This document shows, piece after piece, positions 10,979 through 20,111 of a stretch of DNA of 64,000 bases. A program made the translations under genes and the position numbers. This stretch comes from an uncultured Pelagibacteraceae bacterium (GTDB taxonomy: Bacteria; Pseudomonadota; Alphaproteobacteria; Pelagibacterales; Pelagibacteraceae), in NCBI GenBank assembly GCA_902611145.1, contig CACLYO010000005.1:13154-77153 (forward strand). Direction: 5' to 3'. The notes below the pieces were generated by a model. It had not been told where the DNA came from. It saw only the letters and a program-made list of their open reading frames with translations, and ran no database searches. Positions within the stretch are counted from its first letter, which is position 1. Each line of letters begins with the position of its first letter.

Positions 10979-12660
10979 TGAGTTTTTTAAAAATACAAAA
11001 TTTAAGCGTTGATTACAAAATGAGAAGAGAAACAGTCTACGCGGCTAAAAAAATAAATATAGAGGTTAGCAAGGGAGAAATTTTAGGATTAGTTGGAGAA
11101 TCTGGATCAGGAAAAAGCACAGTTGGCAATGCAATCATAAATCTTATTGATGAACCGGGAAAAGTATCAGGAGGATCAATAATACTTGATGGAACCGACA
11201 TTTATGAAAATCCTGAAAATATTCTTAAACTAAGAGGAAAAAAAATAGGTCTAATCTTTCAAGATCCTCAAACATCTTTAAATCCTATACTTACAATAGG
11301 AGAGCAATTAATTGAAACAATTCAAACTCATTTAAATTTAAATACAGAAGAAGCAAAAAATAAAGCTATAAACTTGTTAAAAGAAGTTGGTATTAAAGAT
11401 GCTGAAACTAGATTTAATAACTATCCACATCAATTTTCAGGTGGAATGAGACAAAGAGTAGTTATTTCATTAGCTCTTTGTTGTGAACCAGAGCTTTTAA
11501 TAGCTGATGAACCAACTACTGCATTAGACGTTTCAATACAATCTCAAATTTTAGATTTAATTAAAAAACTAACTAAAGAAAGAAATTTAGCAGTTATATT
11601 GATTACCCATGACATGGGTGTTATCTCAGAAACAACAAATAGAGTAGCGGTAATGAAAAATGGAAATCTTGTGGAAATAGGGCCTACTAAAGAAATACTT
11701 ACTAAACCAAAAGAGATTTATACAAAAGCACTTGTAAGCTCAGTTCCTCCTACTAACAAAAAAATAAATAGATTTAAAATTATTGAAAAGAAAAATAAAA
11801 ATCAGGGTGAAACTAATATTAAAATTTTAAATAGATGGACAAAAAAAGAAATAGCCGATCAGGATTTAGTCAAAGTTAAAAATTTAAGCAAAACCTTTGA
11901 TGATAGTTTTTTTGTAGAAAGTACTAAAAACTCTGTAATGGCTGTAGACGATGTATCATTTAATATAAAAGAGGGAGAGTCTTTTGGACTGGTTGGTGAA
12001 AGTGGAAGTGGTAAATCAACAATAGCTAAAATGATTGTAAATTTATACAGCCCAAGTGCTGGAGATATTGATTTTGATAATGTTTGCATAACAAAAATAA
12101 AAAGTAGTAAAGAAATGATGAAGTTTAGAAAGCAGATACAAATGATATTTCAAGACCCATATTCATCTTTAAATGGAAGATTAAAAGTTAAAGATATAGT
12201 TGCTGAACCTATAAAACTTCACAATCCTTCAATAAGCTCAAAGGATATAGATAGTTATATTTATGATTTATTAGAGTCTGTTGAGTTAACTCAACAATCA
12301 GCTGAAAGATATCCTCATGAATTTTCTGGAGGCCAAAGACAAAGAATTTCAATTGCTAGAGCTCTTGCTACTCAACCCAGACTTCTTGTTTGTGATGAAC
12401 CAACTTCAGCCTTGGATGTTAGTATACAGGCGCAAATATTAAATTTATTGAAAGATTTACAGGAACAATTAAATTTGACAATCTTATTTATTAGTCATGA
12501 TTTACCAGTGGTAAGACAGATGTGTGATCGAATAGCAGTATTAAAAAATGGAAAACTTTGCGAAATTTCAATGACTGAAGAATTATTTAAAAATCCATCG
12601 CATGATTACACAAAAGAACTACTAAAATTAATGCCTAAAATAGAATCAATTTATAACTAA
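10978..12660 (+). CDS. peptide ABC transporter ATP-binding protein, fused double ATPase (DppD-DppF)
   Basis: Two Walker A (GESGSGKS), two FSGG signatures, two DEPT Walker B motifs. Confidence 0.93.
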   Translation: MSFLKIQNLSVDYKMRRETVYAAKKINIEVSKGEILGLVGESGSGKSTVGNAIINLIDEPGKVSGGSIILDGTDIYENPENILKLRGKKIGLIFQDPQTSLNPILTIGEQLIETIQTHLNLNTEEAKNKAINLLKEVGIKDAETRFNNYPHQFSGGMRQRVVISLALCCEPELLIADEPTTALDVSIQSQILDLIKKLTKERNLAVILITHDMGVISETTNRVAVMKNGNLVEIGPTKEILTKPKEIYTKALVSSVPPTNKKINRFKIIEKKNKNQGETNIKILNRWTKKEIADQDLVKVKNLSKTFDDSFFVESTKNSVMAVDDVSFNIKEGESFGLVGESGSGKSTIAKMIVNLYSPSAGDIDFDNVCITKIKSSKEMMKFRKQIQMIFQDPYSSLNGRLKVKDIVAEPIKLHNPSISSKDIDSYIYDLLESVELTQQSAERYPHEFSGGQRQRISIARALATQPRLLVCDEPTSALDVSIQAQILNLLKDLQEQLNLTILFISHDLPVVRQMCDRIAVLKNGKLCEISMTEELFKNPSHDYTKELLKLMPKIESIYN

Positions 12661-12669
12661 GGAGGAAAA

Positions 12670-13062
12670 ATGCCAATCTTTAAACCAATCCAAGAAAGTG
12701 AAGCTGAAGGAAAAGTTAAAGAAATATATGACGAAATAAAAAAAGTAAGAAAAATAACAGCAGTCCCAAACTTTTGGAAAAATATTGCGAATGATCCTAA
12801 AGAACTAGAACGAACTTGGAGTTCATTAAATGAAATAATGAAAAAAGGTGTATTAGATCCGGCTACAAAAGAATTAATTTATGTAGCAGTATCTATAACT
12901 AATGGATGTGAATACTGTATCAAATCTCATTCTTTAGCTGCAAAGAAAAAAGGTGCAACTGAGGAAATGTTGAAAGAAATGTTTTCAGTAGTCGCTTTAG
13001 CAAACAAAAATAATAAATTAGTAGACTCTTATCAAGTAGAAGTAGACGAAATTTATAAATAA
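12670..13062 (+). CDS. carboxymuconolactone decarboxylase/AhpD-like protein
   Basis: KELIYVAVS..NGCEYCIKSH (CxxC-x3-H); GGAGG RBS. Confidence 0.85.
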   Translation: MPIFKPIQESEAEGKVKEIYDEIKKVRKITAVPNFWKNIANDPKELERTWSSLNEIMKKGVLDPATKELIYVAVSITNGCEYCIKSHSLAAKKKGATEEMLKEMFSVVALANKNNKLVDSYQVEVDEIYK

Positions 13063-13072
13063 AATTAAATAT

Positions 13073-13294
13073 TTATTTAGTTATTTTATCTACAAATTTT
13101 TTTACGATTGGACTAAGAGCTAGAACAGTGCCAATTGCAATTGGTAAACTTACTGTCCAAGCTTTTAAAAATCTATTAATGTAATACTCATCTAGACCTG
13201 TATTAATGAATGTTATTAACAATGTCATTACTAGACTGGTGAAAAAGCCAACTATCAATACAAAAAGTAATTGAGAATATTTTTTCGAAATCAT
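13073..13294 (-). CDS. small membrane protein, DUF2798-like
   Basis: Two TM helices with NTG...RFLKAW..S.PIA pattern. Confidence 0.65.
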   Translation of the reverse strand: MISKKYSQLLFVLIVGFFTSLVMTLLITFINTGLDEYYINRFLKAWTVSLPIAIGTVLALSPIVKKFVDKITK

Positions 13295-13398
13295 TGTTCT
13301 GTAAATTAATAGTTTGTTTAGTAAATAAAAACAAATTTTAAACCTGCGTCATAAAGAATATATACTTTTTTCACATATATTTTATTTCCTTATAAATT

Positions 13399-14895
13399 AT
13401 GAAATTACTTTTAATACTTGGAAATCAACTATTTCCTTTAAAAAACTTAGATAAATATAGACAGGATCACATTGTATTTATGTCTGAAGATTATGAGTTA
13501 TGTTCATACGAAAAACATCATAAATTAAAAATTTTATTATTTCTTTCTTGCATGCGATCATATGCTGAAAGCTTGAAAATAAATAAATTTAAAATAGAGT
13601 ATTCAAGAATTGATTCAACAGATTTTAGAAAAAATTATATAGAAAAATTAAAAAGAGTTATTTCATCTGAAAATATAAAAGAAATAACTTGTTTTGAAAT
13701 TGAAGATAAGTTTTTTGAAGCAAAAATTAAAACTTTCATAAACAAATCAAAGATTAAACTAAATTATATAAAATCACCGATGTTTTTGAATTCAAGAGAA
13801 GATTTTAAAAATTATTTATCAAAAACAAAAAAACCCTTTATGGCAACATTTTATAAGGAGAAAAGACAGAAGTTTAATATTTTAATGAAAAAAAATGGTA
13901 CTCCGGAGGGAGGTAAGTGGAGCTTTGATGAAGATAATAGAAATAAACTTCCAAAAAATATATCAATACCAAAATTTCCCAAAGTAAATAAAACTAAGCA
14001 CACAAAAATTTTAGCACCTATAATTGAAAAACTTTTTAAAAAACACCCTGGAAGCACTAAGGATTTTTGGTTTGCTACTGAGTACGATGAAGCAATTAAA
14101 TTATTAAATTTCTTTATAAAAGAAAAATCAAATTTATTTGGTGATTACGAAGATGCAGTTAATCAACAAAATAATATTCTTTTTCATAGTGCTCTCAGTC
14201 CATATTTAAATTTAGGATTAATTACACCTGATTTGATAATTAAAAAAATTATAGATTTTCATAAAAAAAATAAAATTAGAATAAATTCGTTAGAAGGGTA
14301 CTTAAGACAAGTAATTGGATGGCGTGAATTTATGAGAGGTATATATCAGAATTATAGTTCAGAAATGGAAAGCAAAAATTTTTTTAAACAAAATAGAAGA
14401 ATGAAAGACTCATGGTACGATGGCACAACTGGCTTACCGCCATTAGATTATGCAATCAGAAATGCTTTAAAGCATGGATGGTCCCACCATATTGAAAGAC
14501 TAATGATACTCTCAAACATAATGAATCTCTGTGAAATAAAACCAAAAAAAGTTTACCAATGGTTTATGGAAATGTTTGTAGATTCTTCTGATTGGGTTAT
14601 GGTGCCAAATGTTTATGGCATGGGATTGTTTAGTGATGGAGGAATCTTTGCAACAAAACCTTATATATGCGGATCAAGTTATTTTATGAAAATGATGGAT
14701 TTTAAAAGAGGTGATTGGTGTAACACCATGGACGGTTTGTATTGGAGATTTATTAACAGAAATAGAAATTTTTTTATTAAAAATCCAAGACTTTCAATGA
14801 TGGTTAGAGTTTTTGATAAAATGGAACCTGATAGAAAAAAATTAATATTGTCAGAGGCTGAAAAATTTATAAATAGGAATACATATGGGAATTAA
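13399..14895 (+). CDS. cryptochrome/photolyase, bacterial (6-4) photolyase (PhrB/CryB/BCP class)
   Basis: LILGNQL, HKLKI, GGKWSFDEDNR, FHSALSPYLNLGL, EGYLRQVIGWREF, HHIERLM, KPY motifs. Confidence 0.9.
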   Translation: MKLLLILGNQLFPLKNLDKYRQDHIVFMSEDYELCSYEKHHKLKILLFLSCMRSYAESLKINKFKIEYSRIDSTDFRKNYIEKLKRVISSENIKEITCFEIEDKFFEAKIKTFINKSKIKLNYIKSPMFLNSREDFKNYLSKTKKPFMATFYKEKRQKFNILMKKNGTPEGGKWSFDEDNRNKLPKNISIPKFPKVNKTKHTKILAPIIEKLFKKHPGSTKDFWFATEYDEAIKLLNFFIKEKSNLFGDYEDAVNQQNNILFHSALSPYLNLGLITPDLIIKKIIDFHKKNKIRINSLEGYLRQVIGWREFMRGIYQNYSSEMESKNFFKQNRRMKDSWYDGTTGLPPLDYAIRNALKHGWSHHIERLMILSNIMNLCEIKPKKVYQWFMEMFVDSSDWVMVPNVYGMGLFSDGGIFATKPYICGSSYFMKMMDFKRGDWCNTMDGLYWRFINRNRNFFIKNPRLSMMVRVFDKMEPDRKKLILSEAEKFINRNTYGN

Positions 14896-15235
14896 AGTTT
14901 TTTTTAATAACTCATGTAGTATTTGTAGATTAGAAATAAATCACTATAAAAAAATTTCTGATAGTAATTTAGAATGGATTGATATTACAAATAATGATGA
15001 AGCTTTAAAATTAACATCCAAATCACAAGAGGAATTATTAAGAAGACTTCATGTTATAGATGATGGAGAGGTAGTAGGAGGTGCTAAAGCTTTTGTTTTA
15101 ATATGGTCGAAAATTCCAAAATATAATTTTTTAGCGAAAATATTTTCTATTAAACCTTTATTTGTTTTGTTTCATTATGTTTATGAAGTAGTCGCTTATT
15201 TTTTATTTTTAAAAAATAAAAATCAGCTAAGATGA
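14885..15235 (+). CDS. DUF393/DCC1-like thiol-disulfide oxidoreductase
   Basis: N-terminal FFNNSCSIC (CxxC), RRLHV, GAKAF. Confidence 0.8.
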   Translation: MGIKVFFNNSCSICRLEINHYKKISDSNLEWIDITNNDEALKLTSKSQEELLRRLHVIDDGEVVGGAKAFVLIWSKIPKYNFLAKIFSIKPLFVLFHYVYEVVAYFLFLKNKNQLR

Positions 15236-15357
15236 AAAAACAAAATTTACCCTCTAAAATATGTGCTGCTTGTAAAAGACCGTTTGTCTGGAGAAAAAAA
15301 TGGAGATTAAATTGGGACCGAGTTAAGTATTGCTCAAAAAGGTGTTCTTCTAAATAA
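15232..15357 (+). CDS. DUF2256-family small Cys-rich protein (41 aa, not in ORF track)
   Basis: Hand translation gives MKKQNLPSKICAACKRPFVWRKKWRLNWDRVKYCSKRCSSK; ATGA overlap with the upstream stop. Confidence 0.88.
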   Translation: MKKQNLPSKICAACKRPFVWRKKWRLNWDRVKYCSKRCSSK

Positions 15358-16495
15358 ATTCCTGCACTATCTTTGGAATATAGTTTTTAAAATTAAAAAA
15401 ACCTTTGTTACAAAATTTCCAGGAATACTTATCGATTTTTCTATATAAGAATTTAATATTTTTTATGTTAATAGAATTAATATAATCAAGGTTTTCTCCT
15501 ACAGAAGGATATAACGCATAAATATCTTCATTAATATTCTTTAGTTCACCAATATTTATTATTTCACAACTTATAGATTTTTGTTTTAATCTTATTTCCT
15601 GGTCATGAGTGAGAAATTTCTTAAAATTTAATACTTTTTCACTTAATTTTATTTTTCTTGTTTCATTACCATTTAAAACTAAAAAAATTTTTTTAAAATT
15701 TTTATTTGCAAACTCTGTATTTTCAAAAGATAAATTATTGTCAAAAACTAACAATTTTTTTTCCCCAGAAACTGTATTATCAACAAATTCCTTATTAATT
15801 ATTGGATATGTTCTACCATCAGTTTTGGGTAAAGAATTCTCGTTTAATTTAATTTTATCAAACTTATTATTTGTAAATTTTTTAATATTCCATTCTTGTA
15901 CAGAATAATGTTTCCCTTTTGTTTGTATACCAGCTACCCACCTCCATCCGAGTGTATTTGAGGCACTATCTCCATCAAATAGATGCTTCATAAAAAATTC
16001 TGCTCCAAGTTGCCATGGAAGCTCTAAAGTAAAAATCCAAATACTCGCAAACCACATCCTTGTATGATTATGGAGATAATTATATTTTTTTAATTCACCT
16101 ACCCAATAATTAAAACAATCTATATTTGTTTTCCCATTGATAGTGTTTAAATAGTTTTCATTATTTTGATATTTTATTTTAATTTCATTTAAGTCATTTA
16201 AAAAATCAGTCCAAACTTTGGGTCTTAGTTCCATCCAACCTTTCCAGTATACTCTCCAGAGTACTTCTTGAATAAATTTTTCATTTTTTATAAAGGAAAA
16301 TTTTTTTAATGATTTATTTATGATTTCAGATTCATTAATAACACCATGATTTACGTAAGGAGATATGCAAGAAACATTTGATCTTCTATCAGGCCCAAAA
16401 TCAAAATTTCTTAATTTTGAATATTCTATAAGATTTTCTTCTATAAATTTATCGAGTTGTTCTATAGCAAATTCTCTAGAGGGCTTAAAATTCAT
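15350..16495 (-). CDS. short photolyase with N-terminal FAD domain (NewPHL/inverted-topology type)
   Basis: FAD-domain motifs (SCISPY, KFIQEVLWR, LHNHTRMWFAS, DGDSASNTLGWRWVAG) all lie in the first ~210 aa, followed by an alpha/beta C-terminal domain. Confidence 0.8.
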   Translation of the reverse strand: MNFKPSREFAIEQLDKFIEENLIEYSKLRNFDFGPDRRSNVSCISPYVNHGVINESEIINKSLKKFSFIKNEKFIQEVLWRVYWKGWMELRPKVWTDFLNDLNEIKIKYQNNENYLNTINGKTNIDCFNYWVGELKKYNYLHNHTRMWFASIWIFTLELPWQLGAEFFMKHLFDGDSASNTLGWRWVAGIQTKGKHYSVQEWNIKKFTNNKFDKIKLNENSLPKTDGRTYPIINKEFVDNTVSGEKKLLVFDNNLSFENTEFANKNFKKIFLVLNGNETRKIKLSEKVLNFKKFLTHDQEIRLKQKSISCEIINIGELKNINEDIYALYPSVGENLDYINSINIKNIKFLYRKIDKYSWKFCNKGFFNFKNYIPKIVQEFI

Positions 16496-16706
16496 AATTA
16501 TTAAGTTTCATTCTAGATCTTTTCCTATGTTTTGACAGACGTCCTCTTACTCTTTTTCTCCAAATCACATAACTTTTTTTTTTTAAATTTTTTCTCATAA
16601 TGGAGATAACTTCTTTTTCTTTAAGACCCGTTTTTTTTTTAATTACTTCAAAAGAAATTTTGTCTGACCAAGCCATACCAATGACATCATTAATATTGGG
16701 TTTCAT
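16485..16706 (-). CDS. TIGR03643/DUF2805 family protein
   Basis: MAW.D..SFE.I....GL.E.EVI..MR..LK..SY..WRKRV.GR..KH pattern. Confidence 0.85.
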   Translation of the reverse strand: MKPNINDVIGMAWSDKISFEVIKKKTGLKEKEVISIMRKNLKKKSYVIWRKRVRGRLSKHRKRSRMKLNNYEF

Positions 16707-16720
16707 TAATTATTCTTTAA

Positions 16721-17434
16721 TTAACTCAAAGATGATTTTCCACCATCAACACTAATTATCTGACCTGTAATAAATGAACTTTCACCAGATAGTAAAAATT
16801 TTGCCATTGATGCAACATCTTCTGGTTTTCCTATTCTTTTCATAGGATGTGATTTTGCGATACTTTCTGCCATTATTTTACTTTTTAAAATATTTTGTGA
16901 CATTTTTGAGTTTGTTAAAGTGGGAGCAATACAATTCACTCTTATGTTAGGAGCAAATTCAGCAGCTAACGAAACTGTTAATCCTTCTATGGCACCTTTT
17001 GTTGATGAGATTATAGCATGATTTGTGAAACCTTTTCGAACAGCAACTGTTGAAAAAAGAACAACAGAACCATTATTTTTTTTTAAATTGTCCTGAAGAG
17101 ATTTAATAATTTCAATAACAGGAAAAAAATTTAAATTTAAACATTTTTGAAAATCCTCTTTTTTTGAGATTTTTAATGGCTTTAAATCAATTGATCCAAC
17201 ACAATATGCTATGCCTGATACTTCTATATCTTTAAACTCATCTTTTACAAATTCTGATATATTGTCATTCAAAATATCTAAAACTGTATAATCACAATTT
17301 ACTTTTGATGATAATAATTCAAGTTCATCTTTATTTCTCCCAATAAGATGCATTTCTTTATTAGATTTATATAGTTCTTCAGCAAGTTTTGTGCCTATAG
17401 AACCTGTTGCTCCAAAAATTAAATATTTACTCAT
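16721..17434 (-). CDS. SDR family oxidoreductase
   Basis: GATGSIG Rossmann motif, IRVNCIAP, ITGQIISVDGG; the YxxxK position reads ISSTK (atypical). Confidence 0.88.
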   Translation of the reverse strand: MSKYLIFGATGSIGTKLAEELYKSNKEMHLIGRNKDELELLSSKVNCDYTVLDILNDNISEFVKDEFKDIEVSGIAYCVGSIDLKPLKISKKEDFQKCLNLNFFPVIEIIKSLQDNLKKNNGSVVLFSTVAVRKGFTNHAIISSTKGAIEGLTVSLAAEFAPNIRVNCIAPTLTNSKMSQNILKSKIMAESIAKSHPMKRIGKPEDVASMAKFLLSGESSFITGQIISVDGGKSSLS

Positions 17435-17678
17435 TTGAATTTTTTCTCGGATCTTTAATACTTTTTAAATATTCTGAAATCCCTGAAATTTTTAAACTAA
17501 TAAATATTATGTACATCAATGTGGCACCCAAAGCCATAGTTGATAAAAATACAAAAACCGCTGTTAAAAATTTTTCTGTAAACCAATTTTCTACATCAGA
17601 ATTAGATAAGTATAAAATATTCCAAAACAATAAAAAAACCAATTCGTAGGTGATAATTATTTTATAAAGTGAGTTCAT
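17427..17678 (-). CDS. hypothetical 2-TM membrane protein
   Basis: ATG start, two hydrophobic segments, overlaps the SDR start (operon-like). Confidence 0.55.
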   Translation of the reverse strand: MNSLYKIIITYELVFLLFWNILYLSNSDVENWFTEKFLTAVFVFLSTMALGATLMYIIFISLKISGISEYLKSIKDPRKNSNE

Positions 17679-17682
17679 ACAG

Positions 17683-17697
17683 TTAGAATGATTCTAA
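17683..17697. promoter_or_regulatory. Irr-binding iron control element (ICE)-like palindrome
   Basis: Perfect palindrome TTAGAAT-G-ATTCTAA matches the core of the alphaproteobacterial ICE consensus TTTAGAA-N3-TTCTAAA; it sits 4 nt upstream of the ATG at 17678. Confidence 0.6.
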
Positions 17698-17755
17698 GTT
17701 GTGAAAATAGTATTTAAACAGTATTTTTCAATGTAATTATATTTTTGCGCGACAA

Positions 17756-18094
17756 TTAGGTATTAGTTTTACCTAGTAAATTTACCATTAAAACGCCAGC
17801 GACAATTAATCCAAGTCCTATAATCACATAAATGTTTGGAACCTGGTTAAATTTTATAAGACCAACTAAGCTAGTTGCTATAATGCAAAGTCCTGCAAAA
17901 GAAGCATAGGTAACTCCAACAGGTATTGATTTCATAACAAGTGATAAAGCATACATACAGCCAACAATGCTAATTGCAGTTATAATACTTGGTATTAATA
18001 AAGTGAATCCCTGGGCACTTTTTGCAAATCCATTTGCTGCTGTACCTAATACAACAGCAACTATTAAAATTATATAAGCTGTTAAATTTCCCAT
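17756..18094 (-). CDS. SMR/DMT family small transporter
   Basis: 4 TM helices, KSAQGFT, IPVGVTYA pattern; the canonical Glu14 position reads Gly. Confidence 0.8.
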   Translation of the reverse strand: MGNLTAYIILIVAVVLGTAANGFAKSAQGFTLLIPSIITAISIVGCMYALSLVMKSIPVGVTYASFAGLCIIATSLVGLIKFNQVPNIYVIIGLGLIVAGVLMVNLLGKTNT

Positions 18095-18684
18095 TATTTT
18101 TTTGACCAGTTTATAGCATCTTCCATTCTGTCATCTCCCCAAAAGATTTCATTATTAATTATGAAAGATGGACTGCCAAAAACCTTATTATTACGAGCAC
18201 TATCAGTATTTGTTAAATATTTTTTTTCTATTTCATCATTATTTGCATCAGAAATTACTTTGTCTTTATCTAATTTCAGTTCAGAACATATTTCAGAAAT
18301 ATTAGGTTCAGTTGCTGGTTCTTTTCCTTCTTGAAACCATCTTTTGTAAGTTAATCTTACGTAATCAATACCCCAACCTTCTCTTAAACCTAAAATAGCT
18401 AGTTTGTTAGCTAGATCAAACTCACTCAAAGGATAAGGGACAGGAGTTTTTGCAAAAAAACCGTATCCTTGTGCACGTCTTTCAATATCTCTCCACATAT
18501 AATCGACTTTATTTTTTTTATCTTTAGGGAAAGGAATATTATTCATTTCTTTCATTATTGCTCTTACACTAAAGGGTTTCCAATTGAATTTTACACCATG
18601 TTTCTTTTCGACATCTAAAATTCTTGTAACAGATAGATATGTGTACGTACTTCCAATAGAAAAATAAAAATCAATTGAAGACAT
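18094..18684 (-). CDS. 2-hydroxychromene-2-carboxylate isomerase / GST-kappa (DsbA-like) protein
   Basis: IDFYFSIGSTYTY, VFGSPSF, EIFWGDDR motifs. Confidence 0.85.
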   Translation of the reverse strand: MSSIDFYFSIGSTYTYLSVTRILDVEKKHGVKFNWKPFSVRAIMKEMNNIPFPKDKKNKVDYMWRDIERRAQGYGFFAKTPVPYPLSEFDLANKLAILGLREGWGIDYVRLTYKRWFQEGKEPATEPNISEICSELKLDKDKVISDANNDEIEKKYLTNTDSARNNKVFGSPSFIINNEIFWGDDRMEDAINWSKK

Positions 18685-18687
18685 ATA

Positions 18688-19008
18688 TTATTTTGGTAGC
18701 TTAGTTGCTCCTGTTTCTTGATAGGCAACTTTACCATCTTTAAATTTATAATAAGTCATAACCGCTTCTTTATTACCATCTTTGTAACTTACAAATGCAT
18801 GTTCAAACCCAACCTCATCATTTTCAAAAAGTACTCTTACTTTTTCTTTTTGAACGTCTTTCATACCAAGCCATTTAATCACATCTGACTTACCTAGTTT
18901 TTTTCCAGATGAATGCATTAAAAATTGATAATCATCATGTATTAATTGATCTGCTGCTGTAATGTCACCATCATTTACTATTTTTGACATTTTTTCTATT
19001 ATAGACAT
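18688..19008 (-). CDS. NTF2/SnoaL-like protein
   Basis: 106 aa, LIHDDY, RVLFEND, FKDGKV pattern; GGAG RBS. Confidence 0.6.
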   Translation of the reverse strand: MSIIEKMSKIVNDGDITAADQLIHDDYQFLMHSSGKKLGKSDVIKWLGMKDVQKEKVRVLFENDEVGFEHAFVSYKDGNKEAVMTYYKFKDGKVAYQETGATKLPK

Positions 19009-19028
19009 TTTTTTTCTCCTTTGATTAT

Positions 19029-19445
19029 TTATGAATAAATTTTATCTGCCAATCCGTAACAAAGTACAGCACTTAAAAAAGTTAAAACTCCAGGTGCAAT
19101 TATTCCTTCAACTGAAGTTTTGCTATTAACACCCAAGTTACCTTTTTGGTGAGACCAAATAGCAAATGCAAAAGCCGCTGCATTTTGTAAAAATATTAAA
19201 TTAAAGAATGCCCATGTGTTCTCTAATCCATTAGGTCTTATAAAACCAACATATATTGCCATCACCACAGAGCCAACAAAAATAGACCCAAAAAATCTTG
19301 TCATGATAGCTGCACCATTTCCCATACCATATTGATCAACAAAAGCTTTAGTTGTGAATAAACATCTAAATGCATAGAAAGCAAATGCTGCGAAGTGAAT
19401 TATAAAAATTATTAAGTAAATAATTCCATTAAATTTTTCAATCAT
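19029..19445 (-). CDS. hypothetical 4-TM membrane protein
   Basis: Four hydrophobic segments, tight operon spacing. Confidence 0.65.
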   Translation of the reverse strand: MIEKFNGIIYLIIFIIHFAAFAFYAFRCLFTTKAFVDQYGMGNGAAIMTRFFGSIFVGSVVMAIYVGFIRPNGLENTWAFFNLIFLQNAAAFAFAIWSHQKGNLGVNSKTSVEGIIAPGVLTFLSAVLCYGLADKIYS

Positions 19446-19446
19446 A

Positions 19447-19734
19447 TTATAATCCTTTAACTATTATAAAATTTCCGACAGAATTATCCAACCGTATCTG
19501 TCTTACCGGTTTGTACTCTTCAGAGTTATACCACTCTAAAGCTTTTTCATAAGAAGGAAATTTAATAACCACTGTTCTTGGATATTTCCATTCACCTTCA
19601 AAACATTGATGTTCTCCTCCTCTTACTAAATATTCTCCACCAAATTTTTTAACAATTTCTGTAACTTTTGAAACATATTCTTTGTAGTTCTCAGAATTTG
19701 TTATATCAATTTGTGTTATAGCGTAACCAGTCAT
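19447..19734 (-). CDS. DUF1330 family protein
   Basis: GGEYLVRGG, EGEW, VVIKFPS...A..WYNS.EY signature. Confidence 0.88.
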   Translation of the reverse strand: MTGYAITQIDITNSENYKEYVSKVTEIVKKFGGEYLVRGGEHQCFEGEWKYPRTVVIKFPSYEKALEWYNSEEYKPVRQIRLDNSVGNFIIVKGL

Positions 19735-19746
19735 TCTTAAAAATCC

Positions 19747-20043
19747 TTATAGATTGACTTTATTCATTTCCCACATTTGAACGCTTTCGATACATTCATC
19801 ATAAATAGGTTTTGCAACAGGATTTTGACCAGTAACAAATTTTTTCATTTCTTCTTCATTATGAACTGAGACTTTAAACATAACATAACTTTTATCTGGT
19901 GCTACTGCTGGAACTGTTTTTTCAACATGAGCTATGGTTTTTCTTACTCCCATTCCTTCATCTGATTGCATCCATCCCATGAATTTTTCAAATTTTCCCT
20001 CACCAGATTTAAATTTTGCTATTGCAAGCATTTCTTTTTCCAT
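19747..20043 (-). CDS. hypothetical protein (possible dimeric alpha-beta barrel)
   Basis: ATG with AGGAG RBS, ordinary codon usage; no recognised family. Confidence 0.6.
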   Translation of the reverse strand: MEKEMLAIAKFKSGEGKFEKFMGWMQSDEGMGVRKTIAHVEKTVPAVAPDKSYVMFKVSVHNEEEMKKFVTGQNPVAKPIYDECIESVQMWEMNKVNL

Positions 20044-20111
20044 ATTTTCTCCTTTTTTTTTATTAATTTACACTATTTTGGATAATCTGCCATTTCTTCT
20101 TTATGCTTTTG

